Below are positions 15,884-24,264 of a DNA stretch of 26,555 nucleotides, one piece after another. The number at the start of each line of letters is the position of its first letter. Position 1 is the stretch's first letter. The stretch is from an uncultured Eubacteriales bacterium (GTDB taxonomy: Bacteria; Bacillota; Clostridia; Christensenellales; Pumilibacteraceae), in assembly GCA_900553005.1 (NCBI GenBank), contig USBU01000001.1, forward strand, positions 1-26,555. The letters run 5' to 3'. The translations under genes were made by a program, and so were the position numbers. Under the pieces are notes generated by a model that searched no databases, was not told where the DNA came from, and saw only the letters and a list, made by a program, of their open reading frames with translations.

Positions 15884-17578
15884 ATGAGGGAAGAGCATCC
15901 AAACCCACAATTTAAACGAGACAACTTTACTTCTCTTAACGGGACATGGCAGTTTATGTCGGAATCGACCGGAGATAAGGCCAGACCTATAAACGTTCCA
16001 TTCTGTCCCGAATCGCGGCTTTCGGGCATAGGTTTTACCGGTTTTATCAATGAATGCGCATATGTGAGGACGTTTGAAACGGCCTTGCCCGCGGCAGGCG
16101 AGAGAGTTGTACTGAATTTCGGCGCGGTGGATCACGACGCGGAGGTTTACGTAAACGGCAGCTTTGCGGGTGCGCACAGCGGCGGCTATACGCCTTTCGG
16201 CTTTGACATAGCTCCGCTGCTGAAAGAGGGCGAAAACGAGCTTAAGGTGCTTGTCCGGGACAATACCTCGGCAAACTATCCTTCCGGCAAACAGTCTTCA
16301 AGGCCTGAATCCTACGGATGTTTTTATACGCGCGTAACGGGCATATGGCAATCGGTCTGGCTGGAGCGCACTCCGTCGGAATACATAAAGCAGTTCAGAT
16401 TTTTTCCGGACGTTCGGCACGTCTCCGTAGATATAGAGCTCAGCGTCGAGGGCGAGGGAGAGGCGGAGATAGAGGTTTTTTACGACGGACGAGAGGTCGG
16501 CCGAGTAAGCGGCCTTGTCAGGTACAGGCGGAAGTTTTCGGTGCCGTTGAAGGAAAAGCGGCTTTGGGAGCCGGGCGCAGGCAGACTGTACGACGTTAAA
16601 ATAAGCTTTAAGGGCGATACGGTGACAAGCTATTTCGGCTTAAGAGAAGCGCGCTACGACGGAATGCGATTCCTGCTTAACGGCAAAAGCGTTTTTCAAA
16701 GGTTCGTTTTGGATCAGGGATATTATCCTGACGGACTTTATACCGCGCCCGACGAGAAAAGCCTTGAAAGGGACGTGCGGCTCGGTATGTCGCTGGGCTT
16801 TAACGGAGCGCGGCTGCATCAGAAGTTGTTTGAACCGCTGTTTCTGTATCATTGCGACAGGCTGGGCTACATGGTTTGGGGCGAATATGCCAGCTGGGGC
16901 GTAAAATACGACGATCTCGAGGCGCTCGGGGCGTTTGTATCGGAATGGACGGAGGCGGTTAACCGCGACTTCAATCATCCTTGTATCGTTACCTGGTGTC
17001 CGCTTAACGAAACCTGGGAAAACCTGGACGTACCGGGCAAGGTGCGCGACGTCAGATTCGTCAATGCGGTTTACGCGCTGACCAAGGCGCTTGATCCGAC
17101 CAGACCGTGCGTGGACGTCAGCGGAGGTTTTCACGGAGCCGAAACCGATTTATACGATTTTCACGATTATCTGGATCCCGAAACGGTTCGCGGTCATATA
17201 AAGGCCATAGAGGACGGGGACGAGCTTGTAATGGACAGGATTTACGCGCCGGATTTTGCGGGAGAAACCGATCTTAAGTATAAGCCGGGAATACCGCTCA
17301 ACGCCAGCGAGTACGGCGGTATGGCATTTTCGGCCGAAAGCGGAGGCTGGGGCTACAGCACAAGCCGCAGCGAGGAGGAATTTTCGGAAAACTATATCGC
17401 GCTTACAGATTTGTGGCTTGACTGTCCTAAGATCAGCGGTTTTTGCTATACGCAGCTTTATGACGTAGAGCAGGAGCAGAACGGACTGTTGAATTACGAC
17501 CGGTCGGAAAAATTCAGCAAGGATATTACGGAAAAAATCGCGCGGTGCAACAAGAGACCCGCAGCGATGGAAAAATAA
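15884..17578 (+). CDS. Glycoside hydrolase family 2 (beta-galactosidase/beta-glucuronidase-like), cytoplasmic
   Basis: Motifs SLNGTWQF, FGAVDH.A.VYVNG..G.H.GGYTPF, GIWQSVWLE, YFGLR, LDQGY.PDG.YTAP, GFNGARLHQK, NHPCIVTWCPLNE (acid/base), SEYGG (nucleophile) and GFCYTQL.DVEQE.NG. No signal peptide. Confidence 0.93.
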   Translation: MREEHPNPQFKRDNFTSLNGTWQFMSESTGDKARPINVPFCPESRLSGIGFTGFINECAYVRTFETALPAAGERVVLNFGAVDHDAEVYVNGSFAGAHSGGYTPFGFDIAPLLKEGENELKVLVRDNTSANYPSGKQSSRPESYGCFYTRVTGIWQSVWLERTPSEYIKQFRFFPDVRHVSVDIELSVEGEGEAEIEVFYDGREVGRVSGLVRYRRKFSVPLKEKRLWEPGAGRLYDVKISFKGDTVTSYFGLREARYDGMRFLLNGKSVFQRFVLDQGYYPDGLYTAPDEKSLERDVRLGMSLGFNGARLHQKLFEPLFLYHCDRLGYMVWGEYASWGVKYDDLEALGAFVSEWTEAVNRDFNHPCIVTWCPLNETWENLDVPGKVRDVRFVNAVYALTKALDPTRPCVDVSGGFHGAETDLYDFHDYLDPETVRGHIKAIEDGDELVMDRIYAPDFAGETDLKYKPGIPLNASEYGGMAFSAESGGWGYSTSRSEEEFSENYIALTDLWLDCPKISGFCYTQLYDVEQEQNGLLNYDRSEKFSKDITEKIARCNKRPAAMEK

Positions 17579-17601
17579 ATAAAATAAGGAGTAACAGGAA
17601 A

Positions 17602-19350
17602 ATGAAACGTTTTGTAAAAAAATTGCTTGCTTGCGTATGCGCGGCCGTAATGTGCTTTGCATTTACGGCTTGTAGTCCGGTGGATCCCAATAATCCCGAC
17701 AATCCGGGCGGTGGCGGCAATACCGAAAAAATCGATACCTCCCGCACTCAGCTGTACGTATTCAACTTCTACGGCGGATACGGCTCCGACTGGCTGACTG
17801 CGGCAAAGGCGCGTTATGAGGAGCTGCATAAGGACGATGTTTACGAGGATGGCAAAAAGGGCATTCAGATTATCATCACCAGTCAGAAGACCTCAATCGA
17901 AGCCCTTACCCCGCAGATACTTGACAACCGCGACGAAATTTATTTTACCGAATACGCTTACTATTATACGCTTAAGGCGGCGGGAGTGCTCGGCGACATT
18001 ACCGAGGCCGTTACCGCAGATTTAAGCGGTTACGGCGACAGCGCCGGCAGCACAATCGAAAAAAAGCTGAGCGCCGAGCAAAAGGCCTATTACGGCATAG
18101 CCGAGACGGACGGAAAGACTCATTATTACGCGCTGCCTCATTATTCCGGTTACAGCGGGCTTATCTATAATGTGGAGCTGTTTGAGGACCGAGGCTATTA
18201 TTTCATCGATAATCCGCAGGTGTCGGCTGATTCTCCTATCGAGGATTACTTTATCTACAATAAGGACGATAAAAGAAGCGCCGGACCGGACGGAGAGTAT
18301 AACACCGCGGACGACGGACTTCCCTCTACTTACGACGAGTTCTTTATGCTGTGCGATTATATTTACAGCGGCGGCGAAACGCCCGTTGTATGGAACGGCG
18401 CAAATAATAAGGACTACATAAACAACCTGCTTCAGGCGTTGGTCGCCGATTACGAGGGACTCGATCAAATGATGATCAACTATACTCTCGGCGGAGAGGA
18501 GGGCGCCGTTGCGACGGATCTGGGTACGATTCAGAACGGGCGCTTTGTCGAGGACGCCTCCGACACGACTATCGTAAAATCCAACGCCTACGAGATTTTC
18601 CGTCAGGCCGGTAAATATTACGGACTCAAGTTTGTGGAAAAGCTTATGACCACCGATAAGTATCACAACGATCTGGCGTTTAACAGCGGTTATTCGCATA
18701 TGAACGCGCAGGAGGATTTCCTCTACGCCGGCAACGATACCGTGACCGATCCCATAGCTATGCTTTGCGACGGTATCTGGTGGGAGGCCGAGGCTACGAC
18801 GACGTTTAACGAAATGGCTGACAGCAAGGGCGATGCCTTCTCCAAGATGGGCAGAAAATTTGCGTTTATGCCTCTGCCTAAAGCCAATTCCGGTAAGATA
18901 AACGGTAAAAACACGCTTTTCGACCATATTTATTCTCTGTGCTTTATGAAAGCCAATATTGCCGATTGGAAAAAGCCCATTGCGTATGATTTTATAAAGT
19001 TTATACATTCGGACGCTTCGCTGGTTGAGTACTCGCAGATTACAAACACCCCGAAGGCATTTAACTACAACATGACCGCCGAGCAGATGTCAGGCATGTC
19101 CTATTTCGGACGTTCGGTCATGGAGCTTAAGCAAAAGTCGGATGTCGTCTATCCGTATTCTACCAGTACGGTTTACGTCAACAATCAAAGCCGTTTCGGC
19201 ACTCACTCGATGTATTATTCCGACGTCAACGGCACTGAGCGTCAGTGGCCTTCGACGGCAATCGGCGAGGAAGGTAATACCGCCGAGGATTATTTCTCCG
19301 GTATGTATAGCTTCTATAAGGACGATTGGGGTTCGTCTATTCTTAGATAA
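17602..19350 (+). CDS. Sugar ABC transporter solute-binding lipoprotein (582 aa)
   Basis: Start corrected to ATG 17602 (SD AAGGAG; signal MKRFVKKLL..FTAC lipobox). Motifs GGYG.DWL, YYALP.Y....GLIYN.ELF, P.TYDEF, AM..DG.WW, FMPLP and AYDFIKF. Followed by two permeases. Confidence 0.9.
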   Translation: MKRFVKKLLACVCAAVMCFAFTACSPVDPNNPDNPGGGGNTEKIDTSRTQLYVFNFYGGYGSDWLTAAKARYEELHKDDVYEDGKKGIQIIITSQKTSIEALTPQILDNRDEIYFTEYAYYYTLKAAGVLGDITEAVTADLSGYGDSAGSTIEKKLSAEQKAYYGIAETDGKTHYYALPHYSGYSGLIYNVELFEDRGYYFIDNPQVSADSPIEDYFIYNKDDKRSAGPDGEYNTADDGLPSTYDEFFMLCDYIYSGGETPVVWNGANNKDYINNLLQALVADYEGLDQMMINYTLGGEEGAVATDLGTIQNGRFVEDASDTTIVKSNAYEIFRQAGKYYGLKFVEKLMTTDKYHNDLAFNSGYSHMNAQEDFLYAGNDTVTDPIAMLCDGIWWEAEATTTFNEMADSKGDAFSKMGRKFAFMPLPKANSGKINGKNTLFDHIYSLCFMKANIADWKKPIAYDFIKFIHSDASLVEYSQITNTPKAFNYNMTAEQMSGMSYFGRSVMELKQKSDVVYPYSTSTVYVNNQSRFGTHSMYYSDVNGTERQWPSTAIGEEGNTAEDYFSGMYSFYKDDWGSSILR

Positions 19351-19364
19351 AAGGAAGGGGAGAG

Positions 19365-20288
19365 ATGGCGGATACCGTTAAAAAAAGAAAGTTACTGAAA
19401 GGTAAGCATAAGGATTTGATTTTTTACAGTCTTATGATGCTGTTTCCCATTGCGCAGTTCTGTGTGTTTTATATAGGCGTCAATTTCAATTCCTTTCTTC
19501 TTTCGTTTCAGAATATCGACCTTCTGACGGGGAAGATCGATTGGACTTTCGATAATATCACCAGAGCCTTTACCTTGATGACCACCTCCAAGGCGCTGCT
19601 GTCGGCGCTGTCGGTGTCAGTGCTTTCGTATTTTATTCTGCTTGGAATAGGCACTCCGCTTGGATTGCTGTTCTCATATTACATATATAAAAAGCTGCCC
19701 TTAAGCGGAGCGTTCAGAGTGCTGCTTTTTCTTCCGTCCATTATTTCGGCTATCGTAATGGTTACGATTTTCCAGTTTTTTGTGGAGCGCGCTATTCCGG
19801 CTTTCGCCAGTCAGCTTTTCGGCATCAAAATGAAGGGACTGCTGGAGAATGTTTCGACAAGGTTTGCCACGATAATTTTCTATAATATCTGGGTGGGCTT
19901 CGGCACGTCGGTGCTGATGTATTCCAACGGTATGAGCGGCATTTCCAACGAGGTTGTGGAGTCTGCTCATCTTGACGGCGCGACGGGCTTCAAAGAGTTC
20001 TGGCATATCACGCTGCCTCTTGTTTATCCCACTTTAACCACGTTTCTTATTACCGGCGTCGCCGGCCTGTTTACCAATCAGATAAATTTGTATTCGTTTT
20101 ACGGCGGCGGCGCGCCCGAGCCCGTACAGACATACGGCTATTATCTTTACATGAAAACTCAGACCGCGGCGTCGGAAGCGGAATACCCTCCGCTGTCGGC
20201 AATGGGACTGCTGCTGACATTCGTTGCGGTGCCGCTGACGCTGGTAGTGAAATGGGCTCTTGAGAAATTCGGGCCGAAAGAAGACTGA
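19365..20288 (+). CDS. Carbohydrate ABC transporter permease (MalF-like)
   Basis: Hydrophobic helices, FRVLLFLPSIIS, and EAA-loop variant VVESAHLDGA..EFWHITLPL. Confidence 0.93.
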   Translation: MADTVKKRKLLKGKHKDLIFYSLMMLFPIAQFCVFYIGVNFNSFLLSFQNIDLLTGKIDWTFDNITRAFTLMTTSKALLSALSVSVLSYFILLGIGTPLGLLFSYYIYKKLPLSGAFRVLLFLPSIISAIVMVTIFQFFVERAIPAFASQLFGIKMKGLLENVSTRFATIIFYNIWVGFGTSVLMYSNGMSGISNEVVESAHLDGATGFKEFWHITLPLVYPTLTTFLITGVAGLFTNQINLYSFYGGGAPEPVQTYGYYLYMKTQTAASEAEYPPLSAMGLLLTFVAVPLTLVVKWALEKFGPKED

Positions 20289-20306
20289 CAGGAGGGGAGA
20301 AATAAA

Positions 20307-21203
20307 ATGCTGGAACAAAAAATCAAGGCCCGCGCCACTCGTACAAGATTTACTCCCGTCACTATCGTGCTTCTGACGTTTTTGATAATTTACGTGGTAT
20401 CGCTGTTTATACCCTTGCTGTGGGCCTTTATGACTTCGTTCAAATTGCAGTCGGATTTCCGCATCAATATTATAGGACTGCCTAAAAAATGGGTGTGGAA
20501 TTATTCGTATGTTTTTCAGATGTTTTTCGTGCGCGTGCCCACGCCGACCGGCGTAAAAAACATAGGAATGGCCATGCTGTTCGTCTATGCGTTTCTGTAT
20601 GCTTTGGGCTGCGCGTTTTTCAACACGCTTGTACCCTGTATTACCTCCTATCTTTGCGCGCGCTTCAGGTACAAGTTTTCCAAGGTAGTTTATACCACCG
20701 TCATAGTTGCCATGATACTGCCCATAGTAGGAGCCCTTCCGTCGGAAATCCGCATGTCCAAGGCTCTCGGGCTTTTCGATCATATCTGGGGCCTGTGGAT
20801 CATGAAGGCTAATTTTTTGGGTATGTATTTCCTGGTATTTTACAATATGTTCAAGCAGCTGCCCATGGCCTATACCGAGGCTGCCAAAATAGACGGAGCG
20901 GGAAACATGTCTGTGCTTATAAAGATTGTTCTTCCGCTGGTAAGAAATACGTTTTTTACCGTAATGCTGATAAATTTTATCGGATTTTGGAACGATTATC
21001 AGACGCCGCTTATTTACCTGCCGTCTTATCCTACCATCGCGCTCGGCATGTATCACATGGCGTCCACCACGGAAAACGGGCTTTCCACCGTGCCTATGCG
21101 TATGACGGGAGCTATGCTCATGCTTATACCGATATTGGCGTTGTTTCTGGCGTTTCATAAGAGACTGCTCGGAAATCTTACCATTGGCGGCATCAAGGGT
21201 TGA
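20307..21203 (+). CDS. Carbohydrate ABC transporter permease (MalG-like)
   Basis: Motifs WAFMTSFK, YTEAAKIDGAG (EAA loop), FIGFWNDY..P and C-terminal GGIKG. Confidence 0.93.
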   Translation: MLEQKIKARATRTRFTPVTIVLLTFLIIYVVSLFIPLLWAFMTSFKLQSDFRINIIGLPKKWVWNYSYVFQMFFVRVPTPTGVKNIGMAMLFVYAFLYALGCAFFNTLVPCITSYLCARFRYKFSKVVYTTVIVAMILPIVGALPSEIRMSKALGLFDHIWGLWIMKANFLGMYFLVFYNMFKQLPMAYTEAAKIDGAGNMSVLIKIVLPLVRNTFFTVMLINFIGFWNDYQTPLIYLPSYPTIALGMYHMASTTENGLSTVPMRMTGAMLMLIPILALFLAFHKRLLGNLTIGGIKG

Positions 21204-21241
21204 TATCAAAATTGTAAAAAATCCTTCAGGGAGGAAAAAAT

Positions 21242-24200
21242 ATGAAAAAAAGTTGGAGAATGATTGCCGTTACGGCGCTGCTGACGCTGGCCGTCGTCGC
21301 GCTAGGCATGCCTGCTCCGTCAGGCGGCGGCAAGGTGAGCGAGGCGTTCGCTCAGCCCGTGTGGTCGCAGTCCTCGCTTGAGCAGGAGTACGGCTTCGGC
21401 ACGGTGCTGACCGTACCCGAACGCACGGTTACGGTGGACGATAAGTCCGCAAAGGCAACGTCCGTCGTGGAATATCCCGACGGCAGCGCTACAAGAAAAA
21501 CCGAAGTCACGCTAAATATGGGCGGCGTTTATACGCTTACTTATACGGCCGTTATCGACGGTCAGCCTTACGCAGAGGTCGAGACTTTTAAAGTTATTGA
21601 CAAGCTTGTCAGCGTATCTTCTGCCGACAGCAGCGTAACTTACGGAAAGTATCAGTACGCAAATTCGGCTGAGGGACTTATGATAAGATTGGCGGAGGGA
21701 GATACGGCCACCTTTACGCCGGTTATCGACGTCAGCAAGCTGACGATGAGCGACGTGCTGGTAGAGGGCTTTGCTACTCCCGACGTAAAGGGACAGGTTG
21801 ATTTCAGGCGTTTGTACTATACCTTTACCGACGTTAGCGATCCCAGCGTTTACATGCGCGTGTCTGTGCGTCAGTCCAACGAGGGCGACGACTATCCGAT
21901 AAGTTATTATCTTGCCGGAGGCAACGGACAGCCGCTTGTCGGATACGAGGAGTATTGGGACAGACTGCATATAGATAACGAGTGGGGCGCGCAGGCGCGG
22001 CATAGTTTTTCGCTGCTGTTCGGTCCTAATTTTGCCGAGCAGGCTCCGGACGATATGCCCATGAGCATAAGATACGACGCTTCTTCGGTTTCGGTTTACA
22101 CGGGCGGAATAATGATTATCGACTTTGATAATCCCAAGTTTTTCGGCACGCTTTGGAAAGGATTTCCCAGCGGCAAGGTGCGTATGTCCATTACGGCGGG
22201 AATGTATAATTCAAGTTCGGCTAATTTTTGCATAACCAAGGTGCACGGTGTGGATCTGACCGCTGAAAAATTCTTGGACGGAGATGAGCCCGTCATCACT
22301 GTTGACAATAAGTACGAAAAGATGCCAGAAGCTGAAAAGGGAATGAGCTATCCCATTCCATCGGCTACGGCTTATGATTTATACAGCGGCGACTGCGAGG
22401 TAAAGACCAGCGTATGGTATAATTATACGTCGTCTAATGCGGTGCTGACGCCGATTGCCGACGGCAGATTTGTCGTCGATCGCGTGGGCGATTACGCAAT
22501 AGTTTATGAGGCGACGGATAATTACGGCAATATGGCCCGCGAGATTTTGTGGGTACATGCCAGCGATGACGTGCCTCAACCGGAAATCGAGATTACGGGG
22601 ACGCCCGACGCCGAGATTGCCGTAGGCGAAATTCTGGAGCCGGTCGAGTATTCAAAAACCAGTTACAGCGGCGACGCAGTCGTAAGCATTACGGCAGAGC
22701 TGGACGGCGAAGTATTTGCCGCAGACAACGGCTTCCGTGCCGAAAAAGCGGGCGTCTATACGGTAAAATATACTGTTACGGACTTTATAGGTCAGTCGGC
22801 CTCCGCTAGCTATACGGTTACCGTAAAGATGGGCAGCACTCCGGTCTTTGTGGATAAGCCCGTAATGCCGTTTATGTTTATAAGCGGCTCTGAATACGTG
22901 CTGCCGGAGCTGTATGCCAACGATTATCGCAGCGGCTCGCTTCAGCGCAAGCTGGCTACGGCCGAGATTACCGACGGCAACGGTACGGTGACAGTCGGTG
23001 CGGGCGAAAAGTTTACGCCCGAGGTTGACGCCGACGGCGATAACGTTGAAGTAGTATTCAAATGCGAGGGTGCAACCTATCCGCTAAGCATTCCTGCCGT
23101 TAAGGCATGGGTGGAAGAGGGCGGCCGTCCCAGGCTTCAGCTGGAAAATTATCTCGTCGGCAACGGGGTTTCTTATAGCAAAAATACCGACTCCATAACG
23201 GTGACCGCAGGCGACAGCGACGGCGGCTGGGTGTTTGCCAACGATATGATCGCGTACAATTTCGATTTGCAGATTAAGGGCGCGGGCGCTAAGTCCAAGT
23301 TTGAAAGTCTTGTCATTGTTATGGCCGACGCTGAAAATCCCGAATGCGCGATTCAGGCGGAGCTTATAAACAATAACGCAAAGACGGAAATAAAGGTCGG
23401 CGATACGACCGTAGGACTCAGCGGCAGTTTCCTTGCCGGCACTACGTACAGCGTAGGCTACAGCGAGGGACAGATAACCATAGGAAGCGCCAAGCTTGAT
23501 ATAGACAAGACTGTTGACGGCAAGCCTTTTGAAGATTTTGCATCCGGAAGACTGCTTGTCGGCGTATATTTCAGCGGGGCTCAGACGGGCGCGGCATACG
23601 AGCTCATCTCAGTCAACGGGCATACGATGAACAACAGCACTACAGACCGTATCGCGCCTAAAATCGTCGTTTACGGAGACCACGGCGGTTCATACGCTTT
23701 GGGCAATAAAGTTATTCTCCCCGTGGCGGCGGCCAGCGACGTGGTGGATCCCAACGTCGTGCTTACCATGAGCGTAACGGACGGCAACGGTAAGATAATG
23801 ACGGACGTCAACGGTCTTAAACTGGAAAACGTCGATCCGACCGTTCATTATACGATAGAGCTGAAGGTTTACGGACAGCATAACGTCGTTATTAAGGCAA
23901 ACGATACCTTTAACCAGAGAAGCAACGAAAAAACTTACTCCTACGTATTAAACGTTGACGACAACGTTGCGCCAGAGTTTACGTTCAGCGGCGATTTCCA
24001 GACGTCGGCCAAAGTCGGCGATGCGCTGGTAATCCCCGATTTCACGGTGTCCGATAATCTTACGGAAGCGGATCAGATCATAGTGACCAAATACGCGCTT
24101 ACTCCGAGCGGAGTGCTTGTCACCATTCCCGAGGGCTCCAACTCGATAAAGGCGACGCAGCCGGGCGATTACGAATTCCGTTTAATTGCTATGGACGAAA

Positions 24201-24247
24201 ACGGCAACGTTAATATGATCAGAAAGACCGTTACGGTAACCGCTTAA
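21242..24247 (+). CDS. Large secreted protein with multiple Ig-like repeats, function unknown
   Basis: SD GGAGG. Sec-type signal without lipobox (possible AFA|Q cleavage). Recurrent Ig-like motifs: D...P.I, G..YPIPSATAYD, G..VILPVAAASDVVD, GDYAIVYEATDNYGN, GVYTVKYTVTDFIG, GDYEFRLIAMDENGN. Confidence 0.75.
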   Translation: MKKSWRMIAVTALLTLAVVALGMPAPSGGGKVSEAFAQPVWSQSSLEQEYGFGTVLTVPERTVTVDDKSAKATSVVEYPDGSATRKTEVTLNMGGVYTLTYTAVIDGQPYAEVETFKVIDKLVSVSSADSSVTYGKYQYANSAEGLMIRLAEGDTATFTPVIDVSKLTMSDVLVEGFATPDVKGQVDFRRLYYTFTDVSDPSVYMRVSVRQSNEGDDYPISYYLAGGNGQPLVGYEEYWDRLHIDNEWGAQARHSFSLLFGPNFAEQAPDDMPMSIRYDASSVSVYTGGIMIIDFDNPKFFGTLWKGFPSGKVRMSITAGMYNSSSANFCITKVHGVDLTAEKFLDGDEPVITVDNKYEKMPEAEKGMSYPIPSATAYDLYSGDCEVKTSVWYNYTSSNAVLTPIADGRFVVDRVGDYAIVYEATDNYGNMAREILWVHASDDVPQPEIEITGTPDAEIAVGEILEPVEYSKTSYSGDAVVSITAELDGEVFAADNGFRAEKAGVYTVKYTVTDFIGQSASASYTVTVKMGSTPVFVDKPVMPFMFISGSEYVLPELYANDYRSGSLQRKLATAEITDGNGTVTVGAGEKFTPEVDADGDNVEVVFKCEGATYPLSIPAVKAWVEEGGRPRLQLENYLVGNGVSYSKNTDSITVTAGDSDGGWVFANDMIAYNFDLQIKGAGAKSKFESLVIVMADAENPECAIQAELINNNAKTEIKVGDTTVGLSGSFLAGTTYSVGYSEGQITIGSAKLDIDKTVDGKPFEDFASGRLLVGVYFSGAQTGAAYELISVNGHTMNNSTTDRIAPKIVVYGDHGGSYALGNKVILPVAAASDVVDPNVVLTMSVTDGNGKIMTDVNGLKLENVDPTVHYTIELKVYGQHNVVIKANDTFNQRSNEKTYSYVLNVDDNVAPEFTFSGDFQTSAKVGDALVIPDFTVSDNLTEADQIIVTKYALTPSGVLVTIPEGSNSIKATQPGDYEFRLIAMDENGNVNMIRKTVTVTA

Positions 24248-24264
24248 AAGGAGGGAAAAATCAT

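Noticed and set aside
17545..17601. Upstream start for the second SBP
   Set aside because: It overlaps the GH2 3' end. The SD and signal peptide fit ATG 17602.
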